Virus record (IMG/VR): IMGVR_UViG_3300042878_002054
Reading direction: 5' to 3' (one strand)
DNA from: an uncultured virus (IMG/VR IMGVR_UViG_3300042878_002054)
Lineage: Duplodnaviria; Heunggongvirae; Uroviricota; Caudoviricetes
Length of the DNA stretch: 64,000 nucleotides
The notes under the pieces: generated by a model
Told to the model about the DNA's origin: nothing
Databases searched by the model: none
The model's input: the letters and a program-made list of their open reading frames with translations, nothing else
Part shown: in pieces, positions 55,680-64,000 of the stretch
Numbering within the stretch: position 1 is the stretch's first letter
Layout of the letters: the number at the start of each line of letters is the position of its first letter
Program-made: the position numbers and the translations under genes

Positions 55680-58600
55680 TTATATTGTTCTTATTATAGA
55701 TTTTATCGTCCATCCACTACTTATTGTTGTTGCTCTAAGCTGTACATAAACCACGCCTAATATTGTCGTAAGAACCACATTGAAGTTTATACCTGATGTG
55801 TTTCCAATATCCATAGTAGAAGTCTCTGTAAACTCTATAGTAGTATTGTTCCAAACTGCCATAATAGTTCCTGCTCTTAGATTTGTCGAGTTTTGAACGT
55901 TGTATTCAAAGAATACAGAAGTGTAAAGAGAAGCCACAAATTGATACACTACGTTGTTTGTAACTACTCCGACTACAGATTTTGTAGTAGAGTATAGAGA
56001 TGGTGCTTGATAATCTCCCATCAAGATAGTATTGTTGTCAAATACTTCTAAGATAGGAAGACCAGATATATCATTCACAGACATAAGTGATCCTGTTAAG
56101 TTATCAGTCACAGTGAAAAGCTCACCAACGTTTCCGTCTACTTTAAATACCGTAGTTCCAGTAGTTGCAGGAGTAGCTCTGACCTGAAGCTTAGCATTAG
56201 GTCCTGTTAAACCAATACCGACATTGCCATCTTTCAAGATTGTCATTCTTTGGATGGCGTTAGTCTTGAAGTTTAGGTTGTAGTTATCATTACTTCCAAT
56301 GTTTATGTGGTTTGTAAGCTTGTTACCGTTTTGTAATATAGCAACACCTTTATAAGTAACCCAGGCAGTTCCGTTATATCTTAAAGTAGTAAGAGTATCT
56401 GTTATGAAAATAACATTATCTGCAACCGGAACGGTGTAAACCCATGTAGTTCCGTCCCATTCGGCAACTTGGTTTTCTTTTGCAGTCCATGCACCGGTTG
56501 CGGCAGGTGTTGTTGGTATTAGATACCTATCACCAACAATAGGTGCTGGAACCGTTGGTGGTGTATTTAGCGTAAGAGTTATGGCAGGATCTAAATCCGT
56601 AGTATTAACACTAGCATTACTAGAGTTACTATCTCCAAAAGACTCCGTATGATAAGTAGAACCATCAAACCACATTCTAATAACAGTTACAGAACTTGGT
56701 AGTTGATCAATTTGATAGTTTGTTGGATCTAATACCACAGCACCAATAGAAGTTATATTTGCATCATGATTCAACGCACCGGTATAGTTAGTTCCAAAAG
56801 TTATTGTTCTTGGTGTTGTTCCTTGATTAACTTTAAGAATGTAGTGAGCACCTGCCTTAGGATTGATAAAGTTCATTATAACATTGCCGGTAGCTGAAGC
56901 AAGTGATACTCTTTGATTATTACCAATTTCCCAGTTTACATATATCGTATTTGAAGAAAATGCAGGAATAGAATAACCACTATTATTTATATCAACACTC
57001 TGTGTTCCGGTTAATACCGAATAAAACTGACCATATATTTTAGCCGAGCTATAGTTTGGATTAGAAATGTTCTTTCTAGAGGTCCATATAGCGATACTAT
57101 GTTCTAAATCGATTGTTGGTTGGTCTTCCAATACCGCACCTGATGAAACTTCTGCTTTGATTTCTCTTTGAGCACCTGCATCATTAACAGAATCTATTAC
57201 TACTTCTAAAAGATATTGTTCATATGTTCTAAATCTTCTGGTCGCATCTAATGCAGCAGCATCGATCGCAGGCCAAGTTGCAGTGGTTATAGTATTTGGA
57301 ATCAATGTTCCCCAAGCATTTACTACTTTAGGTATACATTTTACACCCCATCTTTCAGAATCATCATTAAGTCCATAAGTACCCGCATACAATCCTGCGT
57401 TAGTGTTAAGGTGACCAATAAGTGATTCAAATGCACCATGATTTCCAGTTCTCACGTTAAAAACAAATCCTTTAAATGTTACACCCGTACTTCTAATTGA
57501 AGTTATGCGTGATTTCATAGTAGTTATGTTACTTTGAAAAGTTGCAGTCATATAAGAACTTGCGATTGGTGAACTATCACTTGGTGTATATGAACTACTA
57601 CACTCATCTATGAAGAACATTGATATAATATTAGTCGCATCTGCAGGGAAGTTAGTATTTGGAGCGTCTCCAAGTGCGGAAACTATAGCAAGGAATGGTT
57701 GTTCACTTCCGTCATCCTGAACAAATACGTGTGTATCGTATCTATTAGAACCATTTGTTGCAGGATCTAAGTTTCCTTCAGACACTCTCTTTCCTGTGGC
57801 ATATAAATCTTGAAGTGTGGATTTCATGATGGTGTTCTTCATGTTATAGAACTGAGATCTAGTCGCAGCGCCTAATGAAGTAGTATCTAATTTGATATAG
57901 ATATACGTATCAGGTCCAATAAGTAAGTCTTTACTAATGAGTATTTCATCTACGCCCTGAGTAACTTTAAATCCTTCACCACCTTTTATAGTTCTAAAGT
58001 TTAATACTGAACCAATTTTGTCTTTAAAGAACTGAGCACCTGTTCCCAAATTCGAAGCGTTGAGTGAAGCAATAGTAACTCCAGATCCGTTGGTTACTAC
58101 GGTCGAAGCGTCTGACCATACCGCAGAACCTACACCATCTGATGAAGTAAGTACTTTGTTTGTGCCTGGAGTTCCACCTGTTATTTTTACCGTTCCTGTA
58201 ACAACTAATTGTGATCCATCAAAAGTAAGATTAGTTTGTGCTATTGCACTATTTGTTGAAGTACCATTTGCAATCAATACTCTGCTTGTCGCAGGGGTTG
58301 ATATAGTATTAAATCCTGTTCCTGAAGTACCGCTTGTTCCGTTAACACCTGATGTTCCTGATGTTCCATTGACACCCGATGTTCCTGATGTTCCGTTTCT
58401 ACCTGAAGTACCTGATGTTCCATTGACACCCGAAGTTCCTGATGTGCCATTAATACCAGAAGTTCCTGATGTTCCATTGACACCCGATGTTCCTGATGTT
58501 CCGTTGATACCAGACGTTCCTGATGTTCCGTTGATACCAGAAGTTCCTGATGTTCCGTTTCTGCCAGAAGTTCCTGATGTTCCATTGACACCCGATGTTC

Positions 58601-61600
58601 CTGATGTTCCATTAATACCAGAAGTTCCTGATGTTCCATTAATACCAGAAGTTCCTGATGTTCCGTTGATGCCAGAAGTTCCTGATGTTCCGTTGATGCC
58701 AGAAGTTCCTGATGTTCCGTTGATGCCAGAAGTTCCTGATGTTCCATTGACACCCGATGTTCCTGATGTACCATCACCACCAGACGCACCATCAAGGTTG
58801 ACTATAGCGACTCCAGATCCAGATGCACCATATTTATTTATAACGGTTGCTGTCATTGCTCCAGTTCCAGAATTATATCCGGTAACTATGGCCTCCATAT
58901 AGACACCAGCCGAAATACTGATTATTATAGACTGGTTTATAGTATATGCAAATCCTGTAGCAATCGTGAATGATAAAGATGTTCCTGGGTTAGATAAAGT
59001 AACCGAAGCGTTAGTGCTTGTAAGATACTTATCACCATTCACACCTGATGTTCCATTCACACCTGATGTTCCATTCACACCTGATGTTCCATTCACACCT
59101 GATGTTCCTGATGTTCCATTAGCACCACTTATACCCGATGTTCCTGACGTTCCATTGATACCTGATGTTCCTGATGTACCATTGATTCCAGAAGTTCCTG
59201 ATGTTCCATTGATACCACTAGTTCCATTTACACCAGAAGTTCCTGATGTTCCGTTGATACCAGACGTTCCTGATGTTCCGTTGATACCAGACGTTCCTGA
59301 TGTTCCGTTTCTACCTGATGTACCTGATGTTCCATTGATACCTGATGTTCCTGATGTACCGTTGATTCCAGAAGTACCCGAAGTTCCATTGATACCTGAT
59401 GTTCCATTGACACCACTTGTTCCTGATGTTCCGTTAATACCTGATGTTCCAGAAGTTCCTGATGTTCCATTAATACCACTTGTCCCTGATGTTCCATTAA
59501 TACCACTTGTCCCTGATGTTCCATTAATACCAGAAGTACCTGATGTTCCATTGACACCAGAAGTTCCGTTTATTCCTGATGTTCCGTTTATTCCTGATGT
59601 TCCTGATGTTCCGTTTATTCCTGATGTTCCTGATGTTCCGTTTCTACCAGAAGTTCCAGAAGTTCCGTTGATTCCACTTGTACCTGATGTTCCCGTAGTT
59701 CCTGATGTTCCGTTGATTCCAGAAGTTCCTGATGTTCCCGTAGTTCCTGATGTTCCATTGACACCCGAAGTTCCTGTACTTCCTGATGTACCATTGTTTA
59801 CATATGATATTGCAACATCATGTGTAGGGAATGCACCATTTCCTACGACATATGTCACCGTGAATTGATAGTATGTGGCCTGTGCACTTATTACGGATAC
59901 TCTAAAGATAGAAAACAATGACGCGTCGTCACTATTCCAAATCTGTATGAATCCATTGACTGCTATATAAGAAAGCCAAGTTGTTGCATTGTTTGTAGTA
60001 GCAACACCACCATCATGACCAAGCATAGAAGTCTTACTTATATAGATTGTATTAACAAGTGTTGGATCTGCATTATTATTAGTGTCCCAAGTTCCTACTT
60101 CTCCCAATGGAGAACCACCTAATTCATAGAATAAAGTATTTGGTCCAGGTACTCCATCAATTCCTGAAGATCCACTTGTTCCTGAAGTTCCCGTTGTTCC
60201 TGAAGTTCCTGTTGTTCCTGAAGTTCCTGTTGTTCCAGATGTTCCGTTGATTCCACTTGTACCAGAAGTTCCTGACGTTCCATTTACACCAGAAGTACCC
60301 GATGTTCCTGTTGTTCCAGATGTTCCTGTTGTTCCTGAAGTTCCAGATGTTCCTGTTGTTCCTGAAGTTCCATTTATTCCCGAAGTTCCTGATGTTCCTG
60401 ATGTTCCGTTTATTCCTGATGTTCCTGATGTTCCGTTTATTCCAGAAGTTCCAGAAGTTCCGTTTATTCCTGATGTTCCTGATGTTCCGTTTATTCCAGA
60501 AGTTCCGGAAGTTCCATTGATTCCAGAAGTACCTGAAGTTCCATTGATTCCAGAAGTTCCTGAAGTACCCGTAGTACCTGAAGTTCCATTGATTCCAGAA
60601 GTTCCTGAAGTTCCATTTACACCTGAAGTACCCGAAGTACCCGTAGTACCTGAAGTACCCGTAGTTCCAGAAGTTCCTGTTGTTCCAGAAGTTCCTGATG
60701 TTCCATTAGCACCAGTAAATCCTGATGTTCCTGATGTTCCGTTTACGCCACTTGTTCCAGAAGTTCCTGTTGTTCCTGACGTACCGTTATTACCTGCAAC
60801 ACCAGAAACCCCGTTTATACCATTAATACCTGAAGTTCCTGAAGTTCCCGTAGTACCCGAAGTTCCAGTTGTTCCAGAAGTTCCATTTACACCGGAAGTT
60901 CCAGATGTTCCTGATGTTCCATCAACACCTGAAGTTCCAGATGTTCCATCAACACCATTTACCCCTGAAGTTCCTGAAGTTCCATCAACACCATTTACTC
61001 CTGATGTTCCTGAAGATCCATCACCACCAGATGCACCTGCAAGATTCACTGTCCAATCACCAGTGTGTGAACCAGCACCCACCGTAGTACTTATCGTATA
61101 GGTTATAACACCTGTTCCAGGATTGTATGATGTAACAATAGCCTCGACATATTTAGTACCATCAAAACCTATTATAATAGATTGTGCAGGACTATAAGCA
61201 AGTCCGAGTCCAATAGTAAGAGTAGTAGGAAAAGATGATAAATTGAGAGTAGTTGAAAATTGATATCTATATTTATCACCATTCTCACCAGATGTTCCAG
61301 AAGTTCCATTGATTCCTGAAGTTCCATTAATACCTGAAGTTCCTGAAGTACCATGTGTACCTTGAATACCATCATTTCCTGTAGCACCAGTAGCACCTTT
61401 AAGAGATTCCAAAAAGTCTATTTCAGTTCCTACACCACCATTATAAATCCAAACATCATATGCAGATGAACCAGTAGCACCAGTAGCACCTCCACTAAAA
61501 TTATAGTTAGAAAGTCTTTGTCCTATGTATTGATATGCAGTGGCTCTTGGTCCACAAGTAGCATTATTTCTAATATATGCCAACTTATCACCGGCACCCT

Positions 61601-62147
61601 CAAGACCAGTTTTACTGAGTGTAAAACCCAATCCATTTCCTAAATCTATAGGAGTTTTTCCAATATCAAATCTTACGAATCCTGAAAAATAGTCAACATC
61701 ATAAGAAGTACTTGTGTAACTAATAGAATTTAGTCCGTTTCTACCAAGCATTTTAAACTCATAACCATTAGATGGAAGACCGGTCGCATCAGTAACGTCA
61801 GTAGGATTTATAAGAGGTTTTGCCCATTGATTAGAAGGATTAAATCCAGATCCTGCCCATGTAGGATCTCCAAAATCTAAAAACCAAGTTTGATAATTTG
61901 AAAATTGTAAAGGATACAAATACCCAGCGTTAATCTTCCTTAGTATTGTTGGATTGGCAGCCACTATAGCATCTGCAGCACCTGTTGTTGCAAAAGGTAT
62001 GATATCCATCCAAACCTCTGTCGATCTAACATTATGTGCACTTTTATAAAGCTCCGCACCAGGTATTTGGGCATCTTCTGAAAAGAACTTTCCAAGTGAG
62101 TGGAAAAATCCGGCTTTTAATTGGCTATTTGAAATCTTATTAGGCAT
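55680..62147 (-). CDS. giant collagen-like (GTS/GIN/GVN) tail-fibre protein, 2155 aa
   Basis: Four Gly-X-Y tracts separated by globular domains; DUF2793-like domain; late-type motif at 62180-62190. Confidence 0.8.
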   Translation of the reverse strand: MPNKISNSQLKAGFFHSLGKFFSEDAQIPGAELYKSAHNVRSTEVWMDIIPFATTGAADAIVAANPTILRKINAGYLYPLQFSNYQTWFLDFGDPTWAGSGFNPSNQWAKPLINPTDVTDATGLPSNGYEFKMLGRNGLNSISYTSTSYDVDYFSGFVRFDIGKTPIDLGNGLGFTLSKTGLEGAGDKLAYIRNNATCGPRATAYQYIGQRLSNYNFSGGATGATGSSAYDVWIYNGGVGTEIDFLESLKGATGATGNDGIQGTHGTSGTSGINGTSGINGTSGTSGENGDKYRYQFSTTLNLSSFPTTLTIGLGLAYSPAQSIIIGFDGTKYVEAIVTSYNPGTGVITYTISTTVGAGSHTGDWTVNLAGASGGDGSSGTSGVNGVDGTSGTSGVNGVDGTSGTSGVDGTSGTSGTSGVNGTSGTTGTSGTTGTSGTSGINGINGVSGVAGNNGTSGTTGTSGTSGVNGTSGTSGFTGANGTSGTSGTTGTSGTTGTSGTTGTSGTSGVNGTSGTSGINGTSGTTGTSGTSGINGTSGTSGINGTSGTSGINGTSGTSGINGTSGTSGINGTSGTSGINGTSGTSGTSGINGTSGTTGTSGTSGTTGTSGTTGTSGTSGVNGTSGTSGTSGINGTSGTTGTSGTTGTSGTTGTSGTSGSSGIDGVPGPNTLFYELGGSPLGEVGTWDTNNNADPTLVNTIYISKTSMLGHDGGVATTNNATTWLSYIAVNGFIQIWNSDDASLFSIFRVSVISAQATYYQFTVTYVVGNGAFPTHDVAISYVNNGTSGSTGTSGVNGTSGTTGTSGTSGINGTSGTTGTSGTSGINGTSGTSGRNGTSGTSGINGTSGTSGINGTSGINGTSGVNGTSGTSGINGTSGTSGINGTSGTSGINGTSGTSGTSGINGTSGTSGVNGTSGINGTSGTSGINGTSGTSGINGTSGTSGRNGTSGTSGINGTSGTSGINGTSGTSGVNGTSGINGTSGTSGINGTSGTSGINGTSGTSGISGANGTSGTSGVNGTSGVNGTSGVNGTSGVNGDKYLTSTNASVTLSNPGTSLSFTIATGFAYTINQSIIISISAGVYMEAIVTGYNSGTGAMTATVINKYGASGSGVAIVNLDGASGGDGTSGTSGVNGTSGTSGINGTSGTSGINGTSGTSGINGTSGTSGINGTSGTSGINGTSGTSGVNGTSGTSGRNGTSGTSGINGTSGTSGINGTSGTSGVNGTSGTSGINGTSGTSGVNGTSGTSGRNGTSGTSGVNGTSGTSGVNGTSGTSGTGFNTISTPATSRVLIANGTSTNSAIAQTNLTFDGSQLVVTGTVKITGGTPGTNKVLTSSDGVGSAVWSDASTVVTNGSGVTIASLNASNLGTGAQFFKDKIGSVLNFRTIKGGEGFKVTQGVDEILISKDLLIGPDTYIYIKLDTTSLGAATRSQFYNMKNTIMKSTLQDLYATGKRVSEGNLDPATNGSNRYDTHVFVQDDGSEQPFLAIVSALGDAPNTNFPADATNIISMFFIDECSSSYTPSDSSPIASSYMTATFQSNITTMKSRITSIRSTGVTFKGFVFNVRTGNHGAFESLIGHLNTNAGLYAGTYGLNDDSERWGVKCIPKVVNAWGTLIPNTITTATWPAIDAAALDATRRFRTYEQYLLEVVIDSVNDAGAQREIKAEVSSGAVLEDQPTIDLEHSIAIWTSRKNISNPNYSSAKIYGQFYSVLTGTQSVDINNSGYSIPAFSSNTIYVNWEIGNNQRVSLASATGNVIMNFINPKAGAHYILKVNQGTTPRTITFGTNYTGALNHDANITSIGAVVLDPTNYQIDQLPSSVTVIRMWFDGSTYHTESFGDSNSSNASVNTTDLDPAITLTLNTPPTVPAPIVGDRYLIPTTPAATGAWTAKENQVAEWDGTTWVYTVPVADNVIFITDTLTTLRYNGTAWVTYKGVAILQNGNKLTNHINIGSNDNYNLNFKTNAIQRMTILKDGNVGIGLTGPNAKLQVRATPATTGTTVFKVDGNVGELFTVTDNLTGSLMSVNDISGLPILEVFDNNTILMGDYQAPSLYSTTKSVVGVVTNNVVYQFVASLYTSVFFEYNVQNSTNLRAGTIMAVWNNTTIEFTETSTMDIGNTSGINFNVVLTTILGVVYVQLRATTISSGWTIKSIIRTI
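58315..61400 (-). repeat. coding 9/27-bp Gly-X-Y repeat tracts (approx. 58315-58775, 59030-59795, 60155-61020, 61280-61400)
   Basis: CCTGATGTT / CCAGAAGTT / CCATTAATA units on the plus strand. Confidence 0.95.
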
Positions 62148-62227
62148 ATTATTAAAATTTTTATTTTAAATTAACTATGGTATATATTAAATTTTCAACT
62201 CAGAAAATAAAGAATATTGTTATATGC

Positions 62228-62263
62228 AAAAAAATAAGGCCATTTAAAATGGCCTTATTTTTT
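62228..62263 (-). terminator. intrinsic terminator hairpin
   Basis: AAAAAATAAGGCCATTT-A-AAATGGCCTTATTTTTT. Confidence 0.8.
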
Positions 62264-62276
62264 GATTTTAATTTTT

Positions 62277-62447
62277 TTACTTCAATGAGTTGTTGAATAT
62301 TGATCTAATACCATAGAACAAGCTTTCAAACTGTTCTTTTGTACAAGCAATATTGTGATAGGAATCTCCCATTTTAATAGAAAGAACATATATGTCTTTT
62401 CCGGTATTGTTGTCTATGAATGTTTTAGTTAGTTTTACTTCTACCAT
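62277..62447 (-). CDS. 56-aa protein not in the ORF track (MVEVKLTKTFIDNNTGKDIYVLSIK...)
   Basis: Manual translation; TAATATATA upstream (62470-62478) and a terminator downstream. Confidence 0.6.
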   Translation of the reverse strand: MVEVKLTKTFIDNNTGKDIYVLSIKMGDSYHNIACTKEQFESLFYGIRSIFNNSLK

Positions 62448-62483
62448 TTTAAATATTATTATTTTTTATTATATATTATTTTT

Positions 62484-64000
62484 CTAAACCGGAAATGATA
62501 GGTTTATATCAGTAATCCAAATTTGTTTACCTCTTGCAGTGTTTCTATATCCAACAAAAAGCCATACTTTTTTAGTGGCTATTGTAGATCCCCATTGTCC
62601 AATCTGCCATCTTAACTGCTTAGTAGCATTTGTTCCGTTGAAGTTGTATGTAGGTTCGTCCATTCTAGCACCCCAAGTGTCAGCGTCTCCAGAAATATAA
62701 GCAAACTTGTCTGGTTTTAGATTGTCACCAGTACTATCTAAACCTAATAGTACCACTAAATCTGGTGTTCCATTTAGAGTAAAACTTCCATCAGTGTTGT
62801 AAGCTTTTTCCATATCAAGCTCTCTGAAGTTTGCATTAAATGTGAAGAGTGCGTTATTGAATGTTGTACCTGCAACAGAATCTTTTGAATATGATGTAAC
62901 GTGCCATTTAAAATCTACAAATGAAGTTGTTGTATAGTCACCACCACCAGCACCAGAGTCTGTAGTACTCAATCCAAGAGCAGTATAGATATCAAAAGAC
63001 TTAGTTACTCCACTTAAACTAGAGTAGTCTACCGTGGCAGTTGTGTTAGCAACTGGAAAATATTCAGTAAAGTTTGTCTGAGGATAAATAACTCTTCCAA
63101 AGATGTACTGAAGCTCATCAGTTGCAGTATTCAATGATATTATGGAACTAAAAGTTGCTGTTCCTAGCTGAGTAGTAGAAGAAGGATGAACTCCTTTATT
63201 TGAAGCACTAGATAGACCAGAAAAAGAAAGTCTTTCACTCTCACTATCCAATGGATTACTGTTATAAGTTACTGGATCTGTTGTATCAGTATCAAAAAGC
63301 ATCTTTTTTACGGATGTTGTAAATGTTGCCGCTAATCCGAAATCGTATATGTTAGATTTTGCATAAGAAAAGTTATTTGTATTCAATGTGTTTACACCTG
63401 ATGCAAAATCAGGAATGTATTGACCAGCCACATTAACGGTGGCAGTTCTTGAGAAAGTAAGTCCTGATTTATTCCAGCTTGCAGTCCACCCTGTTATGAT
63501 AGTACCTACTGAAGTTTTTGTTCCATCGGCGTATCCTTCAAGAGTTCCTGAAATCGCCATATAATAAGCGTCTATATCGATTTGTTTAGTAACAGGAATT
63601 GTTGTATCATTTAGTAAATCTATTCCAGAAACGGTAAATCCAAATGTAGAGCCGGTATCATAATAAGCAACACCTGAATAATATACCAACGCCGAAGTTT
63701 TTTCATCAAATGTGACATTACCAATAGTAGAACTAGAATCTTGTGAATCCGAACCTAAATCTATATCATAGAAAACTGCTGCAGATGAATAAGAGTAGAT
63801 ACCTACAACTGTTGCTGCAACATTGTTGTAACCAGGTCCGACACCATTGTTATCATGTTCTATCTTCCAACTAAATCTTCCACCATAAGGGAATATAGTA
63901 GCAACATCTATAGTTCCAGATACTTTTGCTTTCCATCTATCATTATCTACTGCCCAATCAGTTATTGTAAGTGTCAATCCAGGAGTTGTACTTGTATAAG
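62484..64000 (-). CDS. C-terminal part of a large Thr/Ser-rich probable virion protein (starts beyond the window)
   Basis: The frame stays open from 63977 to the window edge. Confidence 0.75.
   Translation of the reverse strand, partial: YTSTTPGLTLTITDWAVDNDRWKAKVSGTIDVATIFPYGGRFSWKIEHDNNGVGPGYNNVAATVVGIYSYSSAAVFYDIDLGSDSQDSSSTIGNVTFDEKTSALVYYSGVAYYDTGSTFGFTVSGIDLLNDTTIPVTKQIDIDAYYMAISGTLEGYADGTKTSVGTIITGWTASWNKSGLTFSRTATVNVAGQYIPDFASGVNTLNTNNFSYAKSNIYDFGLAATFTTSVKKMLFDTDTTDPVTYNSNPLDSESERLSFSGLSSASNKGVHPSSTTQLGTATFSSIISLNTATDELQYIFGRVIYPQTNFTEYFPVANTTATVDYSSLSGVTKSFDIYTALGLSTTDSGAGGGDYTTTSFVDFKWHVTSYSKDSVAGTTFNNALFTFNANFRELDMEKAYNTDGSFTLNGTPDLVVLLGLDSTGDNLKPDKFAYISGDADTWGARMDEPTYNFNGTNATKQLRWQIGQWGSTIATKKVWLFVGYRNTARGKQIWITDINLSFPV

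Noticed and set aside
58060..61101. Long plus-strand (VPDVPLIP)n ORFs
   Set aside because: Antisense shadows of the collagen-like repeats; no independent start signals or promoter motifs.
1..64000. Stop-codon reassignment as seen in some large phages
   Set aside because: Genes are intact and densely packed under code 11, and both TAG (e.g. 4620, 10339) and TGA (e.g. 8702, 25744) end genes right at the boundary with the next gene.
1..64000. Bacterial chromosome or eukaryotic giant virus origin
   Set aside because: Housekeeping homologs are scattered singly among phage-type hypothetical and fibre genes, with bacterial-type sigma, promoters and terminators; this fits a jumbo phage.

Overview
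This is an AT-rich, gene-dense segment of a very large tailed phage genome with T4-like features. It uses the standard genetic code, and I found no tRNA, rRNA or CRISPR array. A Bacteroidota host is likely: there are TAnnTTTG promoters, no Shine-Dalgarno sites, and a phage-encoded bS21. Plus-strand blocks encode host-takeover and DNA functions (SbcC/gp46, LigA, ECF sigma, ClpP, DnaJ, sirtuin, CoaE, SPFH, thioredoxin, bS21, bS1, SmpB). Minus-strand blocks encode giant probable virion and fibre proteins plus a glycosyltransferase. Main patterns read from the sequence: (1) about 14 otherwise unrelated small proteins share a short R-x-x-[KR]-[ILV]-x-x-[ILV]-[LFG] helix. Several join it to a truncated look-alike of a core protein (major capsid N-terminus, sheath N-terminus, gp32 SSB, helicase, L7/L12, UVR, fibre repeat), which suggests an undescribed adaptor or decoy system. 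(2) Five putative late genes start with a T4-like capsid-targeting peptide. (3) Three promoter classes partition the genes. (4) A 14-bp hairpin buries the glycosyltransferase start codon. All family assignments come from motif recognition by eye; no database searches were run.
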